A DNA stretch of 64,000 bases from Acidimicrobiales bacterium (GTDB lineage Bacteria; Actinomycetota; Acidimicrobiia; Acidimicrobiales; JAUJNH01). Positions 21,788 to 30,424 of this stretch are shown one piece after another. Location of the stretch: positions 1,221-65,220 of the forward strand of contig JBBSKY010000006.1 in the NCBI GenBank assembly GCA_038255915.1, given 5' to 3'. The position numbers and the translations under genes were made by a program. Below the pieces are notes generated by a model. The model saw nothing but the letters and a program-made list of their open reading frames with translations, was not told the origin of the DNA and did not search any database. The first letter of the stretch is position 1; each line of letters starts with the position of its first letter.

Positions 21788-22693
21788 TCAGGGCCGGGCG
21801 GCGGCCTCGCGGCACGAGCGCTGATCAGTGAGGACCCGTCGCAGGGTCTCGGCCAGCGTCACCTCGGGCCGCCAGCCGAGGGCCCGCAGGCGGGTGTTGT
21901 CCCCCACCACCAGGGGCACGTCGACGGGACGCACCAGCTCGGGGTCGACCACCAGGTCCAACTCGGTGCCCGACAGCTCGGCCAGGCGCCGGGCCACGGC
22001 CTCGATGACCACGGGCACGCCCGAGCAGACGTTGTAGGCCCGTCCTGGCTGGGCGCTGGTGGCCAGCACCCGGTAGGCCCGCACGACGTCCTCGACATCG
22101 AGGAGGTCCCGCTCCGCCGACAGGTTGCCCACCCGCACGGCCCCGCCGCCGGTGGCGGCCGCCTCGACGATGCGCCGGGCCAGGGCGGGCACCACGAACG
22201 AAGGGTGCTGGCCGGGGCCGGTGTGATTGAACGAGCGGGTCAGGACCACCCCGGCGCCCGAGGCACGATGGGCCTGGAGGGCGAGCACCTCGGCGGCGGC
22301 CTTCGAGGCGCCGTAGGGGGTGACCGGACGCAGCGGCTGGTCCTCCCGCAGCGGCAGGTCGGTCGGATCGAAGGTGCCGTAGGCGTCCGCCGAGCCGACG
22401 ACCAGGATCCGCCCGACGCGGGCCACGCGGCAGGCCTCGAGCACTGCGGCGGTGCCCAGCACGTTGACCCGCACCACCTCGGTCGGGTGCTTCCACGAGT
22501 CGCCGACGTGGGCCCAGCCGGCCAGGTGGTACACCACCTCGGGGGCCGCCTCGGCCACCGCGGCGGCGACCGCGGCCTCCTCCGCGATGTCGGTCCCCTC
22601 GGCCAGCACGGCGACCTCGTCGCCCGCCGCCTCCAGGTGGGCCGTGAGGTGCCGACCCACGAACCCGGCGGCGCCGGTGACAAAGGCCCGCAT
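21788..22693 (-). CDS. rmd: GDP-4-dehydro-6-deoxy-D-mannose reductase (GDP-D-rhamnose synthase)-like SDR
   Basis: 301 aa. VTGAAGFVGRHL, PYGASKAAAE (YxxxK), TRSFNHTGPGQHPSFVVPALARRI, VGNLSAERDLLDVEDVVRAY and YNVCSG closely follow the pattern I recall for Pseudomonas Rmd. Confidence 0.7.
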   Translation of the reverse strand: MRAFVTGAAGFVGRHLTAHLEAAGDEVAVLAEGTDIAEEAAVAAAVAEAAPEVVYHLAGWAHVGDSWKHPTEVVRVNVLGTAAVLEACRVARVGRILVVGSADAYGTFDPTDLPLREDQPLRPVTPYGASKAAAEVLALQAHRASGAGVVLTRSFNHTGPGQHPSFVVPALARRIVEAAATGGGAVRVGNLSAERDLLDVEDVVRAYRVLATSAQPGRAYNVCSGVPVVIEAVARRLAELSGTELDLVVDPELVRPVDVPLVVGDNTRLRALGWRPEVTLAETLRRVLTDQRSCREAAARP

Positions 22694-22773
22694 CGCCTCG
22701 ACCCTAGAGGCTGGTCGCAGGCCGACGGGACCTTTCGGACCGGTCCGTTATCCTTCCCGGGTCCACGCTGGGC

Positions 22774-24468
22774 ATGAACGGAAGGTTCAGGGTGCAAACA
22801 CAGGATGGGGCTCGTGGTCGCGGGCTGGATGAGGACGACCAGCCGGTGACGGTTGCCCCGGATTCCTCCCCGACGACGAAGGTCGGGCCCCGGGCGGGGA
22901 CCCGGCGGGTGCCGGCCCTCGTTGGAGTCGGAGACGACGGATCGCTGGGACCGCGCCAGAGGGCCCAGGTCATCGATCTGGCCGCCCTGACCGGGCTCGT
23001 CGTCCTGCTCGCCTTCTTGTGGGGCCGGGCCCGGGCCGTGCTGTTCTGGGTGGACGAGGGGATCTCGGTGGGGATCTCCTCCCAGCCCTTCGGCTCGATC
23101 CCCGACGTCCTCCGCCAAGACGGCTCCCCGCCGCTGTACTACCTCCTCCTCAACGTGTGGATGTCGCTGTTCGGGTCGTCGGAGGCGGCCACCCACATCC
23201 TGTCGCTCGGGTTCGCGCTGGCTTGCGTCCCTGCCGGCCTGTGGGCCGGGTGGAGCCTGTTCGGGCGCCGGGCCGGCTGGATCTGCGCCAGCCTCATGGC
23301 CCTCAACCCGTTCCTGGCCTTCTACGCCAACGAGACCCGGATGTACACCCTGGTGGTCCTGCTGGGCCTCCTGGCCACCGCCACCTTCGTCCACGCGTTC
23401 GTCTTCGGGCGCCGCCGCTACCTCCCCGCCTTCACCGTGTCCCTGGCGCTGCTGATCTACACCCACAACTGGGGCCTGTTCTTCGGGATCGCCGCTGGCG
23501 TGTCGGTGCTCTTCTGCGCCCTCCTAGCCAGGTCCCGCCTGGCGGTCATCCGCGATGCCTGCCTCGCCTTTGGCGGCGCCGTCATCTTGTACCTGCCCTG
23601 GCTGCCGATCCTGCTCGACCAGATGGCCCACACCGGCGCCCCGTTCTCGCGACGCCCGACGCTCGGGGCCGTGCGTGGCGACGTCATGGGCCTCATCGGG
23701 TCGCCCGAGTCCGTCGTCATCATCGGTCTCGGCGCCGCCCTCGGGGTCGCCCTCCTGGTCCAGCGGCCGTGGAAGCGGGTCGGCCTCACGGTCGTGGCCA
23801 TCTCCATCGTCCCCGTGGTGGCGGTGGCCATCGCCTGGATGATCTCCCGGCAGGAGTCGGTGTGGCACCCGCGCTACCTCGCCGTGGCCCTGGCGCCCAT
23901 CGCCGTTGTGCTCGCCGTGGGCCTGGCCCGTGGGGGCCGGGTGGCCGTGGCCTGCCTGGTCATCTACGGCTTCCTGAACGCGCCCATCGGGGTGAAGCAG
24001 CTGCCCACCCAGAAGAGCAACGTGGCGCTCGTCGCCGATCACTTCGCTCCGGCCCTGAAGCCCGGCGACCTAGTGGTCAGCGACTTCGGTCGGATCCCCC
24101 TCCTGTCGTACTACATGCCCCCCGGGCTTCGCTACGCCGAGGCCACCGGGCTGGTGCCCGACCCCCGCCGCACCAACCAGCGGGACGGCACGCTCCGGCT
24201 GCGGGCCGCCGACCAGCGGGTGACGCTGCTGCCGCTCGTGGCCAGCCTTCCCGTGGGGGGCCAGGTCCTGGTGATCTGCCCCCCGATCAGCCGCCTCACC
24301 TTCGACGACACCGAGTTCGTGCAGCTGATCTTCACACGCTGCACCGAGGCCGAGACGCTGCTGGCGGCCACCCCGGGCCTGCGCCTGGTCGACAAGCTCG
24401 ACATCGACACGGACCTTCCCACCATCCACTCCTCGGTGCAGGGCCACCTGTACCTCAAGGAGGCCTGA
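22774..24468 (+). CDS. GT-C glycosyltransferase, PMT_2/ArnT-like (polyprenyl-phosphate-sugar dependent)
   Basis: 564 aa, polytopic. First-loop motif FWVDEGISVGI, then DGSPPLYYLLLNVWMSLFG and NETRMYTLVVLL. Paralogue of 25845-27548. Confidence 0.75.
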   Translation: MNGRFRVQTQDGARGRGLDEDDQPVTVAPDSSPTTKVGPRAGTRRVPALVGVGDDGSLGPRQRAQVIDLAALTGLVVLLAFLWGRARAVLFWVDEGISVGISSQPFGSIPDVLRQDGSPPLYYLLLNVWMSLFGSSEAATHILSLGFALACVPAGLWAGWSLFGRRAGWICASLMALNPFLAFYANETRMYTLVVLLGLLATATFVHAFVFGRRRYLPAFTVSLALLIYTHNWGLFFGIAAGVSVLFCALLARSRLAVIRDACLAFGGAVILYLPWLPILLDQMAHTGAPFSRRPTLGAVRGDVMGLIGSPESVVIIGLGAALGVALLVQRPWKRVGLTVVAISIVPVVAVAIAWMISRQESVWHPRYLAVALAPIAVVLAVGLARGGRVAVACLVIYGFLNAPIGVKQLPTQKSNVALVADHFAPALKPGDLVVSDFGRIPLLSYYMPPGLRYAEATGLVPDPRRTNQRDGTLRLRAADQRVTLLPLVASLPVGGQVLVICPPISRLTFDDTEFVQLIFTRCTEAETLLAATPGLRLVDKLDIDTDLPTIHSSVQGHLYLKEA

Positions 24469-24471
24469 CTC

Positions 24472-25986
24472 CTACGGCCCGGCCCGGTCGGTGGCGTCGC
24501 CGCCCAGGAGGGCGGTGAGGTAGCCCTTGGCTGTGGCGCCCTCGGGCGACAGGCGGCCCTGCCAGTAGGCGAGGCTCCCGAGCAGCGTCGCGCTGAGGGC
24601 CAGGGCGGCGAACCCGCCAACGACCCAGCGCCACCGGCTGGACCAGGCCACGGCGAACAGGCCCGCCATCGGCACCGCGAACAGGGCGTTCACGTCGACA
24701 TAGCCGCGATGGCCGAAGCCGGCGCCGAGGGCCCAGTCGCTCCAGCTGGCGAGCAGGTAGGTCTCGAGCGCCAGACCCGCCATGACGGGCCAGAACCACT
24801 CCCGGTACCTGCGCCAAAGGGGCCACAGGCCGAGGGCGGCCAGCATCAGGACCGGGGCGTAGGGCGCCAGGCCATGGGGCCGGAAGGCGTACAGGACGCG
24901 CCACTGCGGGTGGAGTAACGAGAACCTCTCGTCGCCCCGGTAGGAGAACAGGAGCGGCGCGCCCCGGGCGAAGCTCCAGGCCAGGAGGGTGGCGACCACC
25001 AGTGGGGCGGCGGCGAGGGCGCCGATCAGGACGCGGGGCCAGTGGCGGGCGAGGAGGGCCGTCCGGGCCCTGGCCGTCGGCCAGCTCACGACGCCGAGGG
25101 CCACGAGGGGCACGATGGCGACCAGGTTCACCGGGCGGATGCCCACCACCAGGCCGGCGGCCAGGCCGACCTCGAGGCTGCGCCGCCACGACCCGGGGCA
25201 CTCCCGCCAGCGGACGGCGGCGAGCATCGTGAAGGCGACAGCGGCGAAGGAGAAGGCGTGGCTGTAGGAGGAGTCGAGGGCCAGGTAGCTGAGCAGGCTG
25301 GTCCCGAAGCCGACGCACAGCAGCGTGGCCGCGGTGGCCAGGTCGGGGAACAGGCGCAGGAGGAGCCGGCGCAGGGCGGCCAGCCCGGCGATCCCCCAGG
25401 CGAGGGCGGCCAGCCCCGACGCCAGCTGCTCGCTGCGGCTGTAGCCGTCCGCCTCCTCGCCCCGCAGGAGGGCCACCCCGTGGCCGGCGGCGAAGAACGG
25501 GAGGGTCATGACGGCCACGCCCGGGGCGTACTTGTCGAGGTAGCGGCCGGTGGCGGGCTGGTAGCTGAGGCCGCTCAGGCCCACGAGGCGCTCGGTCGGG
25601 AAGCGCCGGTCGACGAGGGTGGCGAAGGAGGGGTCGCGGTCGATGAGGTAGGCCGTGAGGTAGGCGTAGTAGCCCTCCCCGTCGCCCTTCACGACCAGGG
25701 GCGGGCGGCCCGGGCTGTTCAACCCGACGTAGGCCACCAGGGCCACGGCCCCGATGAGCACGATGGCGGCGGCTGAGAGGGGCCCAGGCCGTCCCGGCCC
25801 GTCCGACGCCCGGTCGGGACGGACCGTCGACCGGACGGACCGGCTCAGGAGGCGATCCTGGTGACGGCCAGGACCCGACGGCCGGCGACGGTGGAGGAGC
25901 CGTCCGGCGCCGGTTCTGTGACCGCCGACCCGCTGACGACCGGTGCCGGGGCGAAGCGGGCATCGGCCTGGAGGGCGCCCCGCCAC
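24472..25986 (-). CDS. Polytopic membrane protein, GT-C-like (uncharacterised)
   Basis: Multi-TM protein. GDGEGYYAYLTAYLIDRDPSF loop after the first TM. The start is uncertain: ATG 25986 overlaps the upstream gene by 142 nt, and the alternative is GTG 25761. Confidence 0.55.
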   Translation of the reverse strand: MAGRPPGRCPLRPGTGRQRVGGHRTGAGRLLHRRRPSGPGRHQDRLLSRSVRSTVRPDRASDGPGRPGPLSAAAIVLIGAVALVAYVGLNSPGRPPLVVKGDGEGYYAYLTAYLIDRDPSFATLVDRRFPTERLVGLSGLSYQPATGRYLDKYAPGVAVMTLPFFAAGHGVALLRGEEADGYSRSEQLASGLAALAWGIAGLAALRRLLLRLFPDLATAATLLCVGFGTSLLSYLALDSSYSHAFSFAAVAFTMLAAVRWRECPGSWRRSLEVGLAAGLVVGIRPVNLVAIVPLVALGVVSWPTARARTALLARHWPRVLIGALAAAPLVVATLLAWSFARGAPLLFSYRGDERFSLLHPQWRVLYAFRPHGLAPYAPVLMLAALGLWPLWRRYREWFWPVMAGLALETYLLASWSDWALGAGFGHRGYVDVNALFAVPMAGLFAVAWSSRWRWVVGGFAALALSATLLGSLAYWQGRLSPEGATAKGYLTALLGGDATDRAGP

Positions 25987-27548
25987 TCGCCGCAGCGCAG
26001 CTCCATCTGGGTGAACCAGGGCACCGGTGTCGGACCGGTCCAGGGCTGGGCGCAGACCAGCAGGACCTTGGCGCCGAGGGGGGTGGCGTCGAGGACCGGC
26101 CGCAGCGACGTCTGCGGGGTGGCCGCGGTGAGGCGGGCCAGGGCGTCGCGCCAGTCGGCCACTCCGGGATCGGCCACCGGGCCCATGGCCGTGGCGTAGC
26201 GCAGCCCCGGGGGGAGGTAGTAGGCGAGGACCGGCACCTCCTCCATCTGCATCACCACGACGAGGTCGCCGGCGTCAAGCCCGGGGCCGACCGCCTCCAC
26301 CAGCGGCGTGACCTGCGGCTTGTCATCGAGGTGGTCGACGGACCGCAGGCCGCTGACCCGGGCCAGGGGCTGCACCCACAGGGTCAGGATGAGCGCCAGC
26401 GCCACCAGGCCCCGGGTCCCGGCCCGGGCCAGGCCCAGGGCCGCCACCAGCAGCACCGCGGGGGCACAGACGGCGAGGTAGCGGGGCGCCCAGGACGGGC
26501 TGACCTGGGCGGCGAGCCAGCCGACCACGACCGGGATGGCGGCGATCAGGCCGACGGCCAGCAGCGGGAGCCGCAGCCGGTCGTCCCGGCGCACCAGCAC
26601 CCACAGCGCGGGACCGGCCACCAGCAGGAGGGCCACCAGGACCCGCTCGCGGTTGTCGCCCAGCACCACGGCGACAACGGTGACGGCCTCCCTCGGGAGG
26701 GGTCTGGTGGACCACGGGGCGCCGGTGTGGGCCCGCTGGTAGGCAAGGGTGGGCAGCCACGGGAGATAGGCCAGACCGGCGGCGCCGAACCCGAGGGCCG
26801 CGTCGCGCAGCAGCCGGCGGCGGTCGGCGGCGGCCACGGCGCAGGGGATGAGGGCCGTGGCCAGCCCGATGACCAGCCACAGGCCCCAGCTGTGGGTGTA
26901 GAGGACCAGAGCCAGGGCCACGGCGAACGGCGCCAGGTGGCGCTGGCGGCCGAAGGCGAAGGCGTGGAGGAACGACGCGGTGGCGACCAGGGCCAGCAGC
27001 ACCACCAGGGCGTACATCCGGGTCTCGGTGGCGAAGAAGGCCAGGTAGGGGCTCACGGCGACCAGGGCGGCGAAGGTCCAGCCCACCCGGCGCCCGAACA
27101 GGCTCCAGCCGGCCCACAGGGCGACCGGGATGGTGGCCAGGGCGATGCTGAGCGACAGGGCGTGGGTGGCCGTCTCGGAGGTGCCGAACAGGGCCATCCA
27201 CCCGTGGAGCAGGAGGTAGTACAGCGGTGGCGAGCCGTCCTGGGCCAGTAACCCGGGGATCTCGGCCAGCCGGTGGGAGGCGATCCCGACCGATATCCCC
27301 TCGTCGATCCACAGCGAGGTGCCGAGGTCGCCGACCCGCAGGGCGAACGACACGGCGATGAGGCCGACCAGCCCGGCCACCAGACCCATGACGGGTGACC
27401 ACGACGTCCCCGACCGTCGCTCGGTCTTCTGTTCCGCAGGGCCGCTCGGGCCATCGAGCGGCTCCGGCGCGCTCCGCGACCCAGACCACAGCGCCGCCCG
27501 GAGGGCGCCGCCCTTGGCCAGTCCGCTGCCCGGGGACGCGGCCCCCAT
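25845..27548 (-). CDS. GT-C glycosyltransferase, PMT_2/ArnT-like (paralogue of 22774-24468)
   Basis: 567 aa. LWIDEGISVGIASH, DGSPPLYYLLLHGWMALFG and TETRMYALVVLL are colinear with the 22774 protein along its length. Confidence 0.75.
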   Translation of the reverse strand: MGAASPGSGLAKGGALRAALWSGSRSAPEPLDGPSGPAEQKTERRSGTSWSPVMGLVAGLVGLIAVSFALRVGDLGTSLWIDEGISVGIASHRLAEIPGLLAQDGSPPLYYLLLHGWMALFGTSETATHALSLSIALATIPVALWAGWSLFGRRVGWTFAALVAVSPYLAFFATETRMYALVVLLALVATASFLHAFAFGRQRHLAPFAVALALVLYTHSWGLWLVIGLATALIPCAVAAADRRRLLRDAALGFGAAGLAYLPWLPTLAYQRAHTGAPWSTRPLPREAVTVVAVVLGDNRERVLVALLLVAGPALWVLVRRDDRLRLPLLAVGLIAAIPVVVGWLAAQVSPSWAPRYLAVCAPAVLLVAALGLARAGTRGLVALALILTLWVQPLARVSGLRSVDHLDDKPQVTPLVEAVGPGLDAGDLVVVMQMEEVPVLAYYLPPGLRYATAMGPVADPGVADWRDALARLTAATPQTSLRPVLDATPLGAKVLLVCAQPWTGPTPVPWFTQMELRCGEWRGALQADARFAPAPVVSGSAVTEPAPDGSSTVAGRRVLAVTRIAS

Positions 27549-27640
27549 CAGCGCCCTCGCCCATCACGCATGCCGTCGCATCCTCACATACCGGCGGGCC
27601 GACCCCGGCGCCGCGACCGGCCGGACCCCCGCTACGGGGC

Positions 27641-29122
27641 CTACTTCTCCTCGTGGTAGTCCTTCTCGACGTTGACCTCCCAGACGTCGTGGGGGGGCTG
27701 GTGCCCGAGGATGTTCTCGACGCTGAGCATGGCGGTGAGCATCGAGTGGTCCTGGTTGTTGTACTTGTGCATCCCGTTGCGGCCCACGGGGTGGACGTTC
27801 GGGGTGTTGGCCGTCAGCCAGTCGCGCATGATCTGCAGGTTCGCCTTGTAGGTGGCGTCGTAGAACGGGTACGCCTTGGGCATGCGCACCACGTAGCCCT
27901 CCTCGACCACCGACGGGTCGACCAGGCCGAGCTGCTGCAGCTCGCGCTTGCCCCGGGCGATCAGGTCCTCGTCGGGGGCGTTCCACAGCTCGTCGCCCTC
28001 GAACACGAAGTACTCGAGGCCGAGGCAGGTGCGGCCGTCCTTCACCAGGAAGGGCGACCACGAGCCGAAGTTCTGGATGCGGCCCACCTTCACCTCGGGG
28101 GCGTGGATGTAGATCCAGTTGTCGGGGAACCCGGCCGACTCGGGCACCACCAGGGCCACGGTGAGGAAGTCCCGGTAGGTGAGGCGTCCGGCGGCGGCGA
28201 TGACCTCGGGGGGTGGCGGCGGGTCCATCGCCTTCAGCAGGGCGGTGAACGGCATCGAGGAGACCACGTCGGAGCACGGGTACTCGGTCTCCCCCCCGTC
28301 GCGGGACGAGCCGACCACGGCGGTGGCCCGGCCGCCCTGGTGGCGGATCTTGGCCACCTTGGACTCGAACACCACCTTCGACCCCTGGGCCTGCACCAGC
28401 TCGGTGCACTTCTCCCACATCTGGCCGGGGCCGTACTTCGGGTACTGGAACTCCTCGATCAGCGAGGTGATGTCCTTCTGGTTGCGCTTGGGCAGGAGGG
28501 CGTTGACGATGGCGCTGATCAGGTTGAGGTTCTTGATGCGCTGGGCGGCCCAGTCGGCCTGGATCTTCTCGGCGGGCACGCCCCACACCTTCTCGGTGTA
28601 GGTCTTGAAGAACGTGCGGTAGAGGCGCCAGCCGAAGGCGTTCGCCGTCCAGCCCTCGAAGCTCGTGGTCTCCTTCGGCGGCCGGACCCGCACCCACAGG
28701 TAGGACAGCACGCTGAGGACCGACTCGACGATGCCCAGGTTCTTCAGGGCGTTCATGGGCTTCAGGGGGTAGTCGTAGAACTTGCCCTTGTAGAAGATCC
28801 GGCTCATCCGGGGGCGCATCAGGAAGTCCTCGGCCGGGAGGATCTCGTGCCACAGCTTCTCGACCCGGCTCACCTTGGTGAAGAAGCGGTGGCCGCCGAT
28901 GTCGAAGCGCCAGCCGCCCCGGGTGGCCGTGCGGCTGATCCCACCGACCACCGTGTCGCCCTCCAGGATGGTTGCGGTGACGCCCGCCTTGCCCAGCTCG
29001 TAGGCGGCCGTGAGCCCGGCAGGGCCGGCGCCGATGACCACGATCTCAGGGGTCTGGCCCCCGGACGGGTCGGTCGAAGTGGCGTTGCTGGGCGCGGGGT
29101 CAACCGTCGGGGAGTCAGACAT
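27641..29122 (-). CDS. FAD/NAD(P)-binding oxidoreductase of the amine-oxidase / UDP-galactopyranose-mutase-like superfamily
   Basis: 493 aa. Dinucleotide motif IVVIGAGPAGLTAAYEL, then GGHRFF, FFKTYTEKVWG, QYPKYGPGQMWE and GRNGMHKYNNQDHSM. Visibly lower GC than neighbouring genes. Confidence 0.8.
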   Translation of the reverse strand: MSDSPTVDPAPSNATSTDPSGGQTPEIVVIGAGPAGLTAAYELGKAGVTATILEGDTVVGGISRTATRGGWRFDIGGHRFFTKVSRVEKLWHEILPAEDFLMRPRMSRIFYKGKFYDYPLKPMNALKNLGIVESVLSVLSYLWVRVRPPKETTSFEGWTANAFGWRLYRTFFKTYTEKVWGVPAEKIQADWAAQRIKNLNLISAIVNALLPKRNQKDITSLIEEFQYPKYGPGQMWEKCTELVQAQGSKVVFESKVAKIRHQGGRATAVVGSSRDGGETEYPCSDVVSSMPFTALLKAMDPPPPPEVIAAAGRLTYRDFLTVALVVPESAGFPDNWIYIHAPEVKVGRIQNFGSWSPFLVKDGRTCLGLEYFVFEGDELWNAPDEDLIARGKRELQQLGLVDPSVVEEGYVVRMPKAYPFYDATYKANLQIMRDWLTANTPNVHPVGRNGMHKYNNQDHSMLTAMLSVENILGHQPPHDVWEVNVEKDYHEEK

Positions 29123-29151
29123 GGCCGTTCGATGCTCGCGCCGCTCGTCGG

Positions 29152-30288
29152 TCAGGCGCCAGCCGCACGGGCGTAGACGCCGGCCAGGCCCTCGGCGCAG
29201 GACGCCCAGCTGTAGGAGGCGGCCCGGGCCCGCCCGGCCTCCACGACGAGCTCCCGGGCCGCCCCGTCGAGGCCCAGCACCCCGGCCAGGGCGGCGGCCA
29301 GCGCCTCGACGTCGCCGACGGGGACCAGCGGGGCGGCGGCGCCCAGCACCTCGGGCAGAGCCCCCGCCTGGGTGGCCACGACGGGCACGCCGGCCGCCAT
29401 CGCCTCGAGCGGCGGGAAGCCGAAGCCCTCGTAGCGCGACGGGTAGGCGAGGACCGCCGCCCCAGCGAGCAGATCGTCGCGCTGGATCGCCGAGACCCAG
29501 CCGGGGCGAGAGATGCGCCGGCGGGCAGGGTCACTGAGAGCAGCCGTGGCCTCCTCGACCGCCGTCGCCCCCCAGCCGTCGGGCCCGGCCAGGACGAGCC
29601 GCAGATCGGGGTCCTCCCGGGCGAGCAGGCCAAAGGCGGCCACCAGGTCGTCCAGGCCCTTGCGGGGCTCGATGGTCCCGAGCGCCAGGACGTACCGGGG
29701 GGCCCCGGCCAGGTCCTGGCCCCGGGCGGGATCGCCCTGGCCGGGAGCGGGGGCGCCGAGGGCGACGGCCACCACCCGGTCCGGATCGGCCCCGAGCTCG
29801 TCGACCACCTCGGCCGCCACGAACCGGGAGGTGGTGTGGACCAGGGCACCACGGGCGAGGGCGGCCCGCACCGCCGCCGGGTACCGGGCGCTGGTGGCAT
29901 CCACCAGCTCGGGGTGGCGCCAGGGCGTGAGGTCGTGGATGGTGACCACCGTGGCCGCGCTCGTCGGGGGGACGAGGAAGGCCGTGCCGTGGACGACGTC
30001 GGCCCGGCCGGCGAACCACTCGAAGCGGGGAGCGGCGACCCTCGGCCACAGCCGAAGGCCGAGACCGGCGGGGAGCGTGCCCCGGCGCACGCCGACGCCG
30101 GGCGGGAGGACCTCGCCCAGCCTCCGCCACCTCCGCAGCGACAGGGCGTAGGCGGTGACCTCCAGCGCCGGCACGGCGTCGGGCGGCCGCCCGGCCAGCC
30201 CGCCCAGCAGACCACCGACGAAGACGCCGACCCCGGTGGGCCGGCCCAGCAGCGGGGTGGCGTCGACGGCGACGCGGAGGCGGTCCAC
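29152..30288 (-). CDS. GT4-family glycosyltransferase
   Basis: Start GTG 30288 (VDRLRVAVDATPLLGRPTGVGVF). C-terminal EGFGFPPLEAMAAGVPVVAT motif of the GT-B / GT4 family. Confidence 0.8.
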   Translation of the reverse strand: MDRLRVAVDATPLLGRPTGVGVFVGGLLGGLAGRPPDAVPALEVTAYALSLRRWRRLGEVLPPGVGVRRGTLPAGLGLRLWPRVAAPRFEWFAGRADVVHGTAFLVPPTSAATVVTIHDLTPWRHPELVDATSARYPAAVRAALARGALVHTTSRFVAAEVVDELGADPDRVVAVALGAPAPGQGDPARGQDLAGAPRYVLALGTIEPRKGLDDLVAAFGLLAREDPDLRLVLAGPDGWGATAVEEATAALSDPARRRISRPGWVSAIQRDDLLAGAAVLAYPSRYEGFGFPPLEAMAAGVPVVATQAGALPEVLGAAAPLVPVGDVEALAAALAGVLGLDGAARELVVEAGRARAASYSWASCAEGLAGVYARAAGA

Positions 30289-30424
30289 AGGACCGATGGT
30301 GCCCCGGCAGCCAAAGGGGCGGGGGGATGCGGGTCTCCGGCGAGGCGGTCTCACTACGCTCAGGGCCTCCGGTGGAGAACGGGCCGCGTGCTGCGCCGGC
30401 CCCGAACGGAGAGGCCCGCAAACC

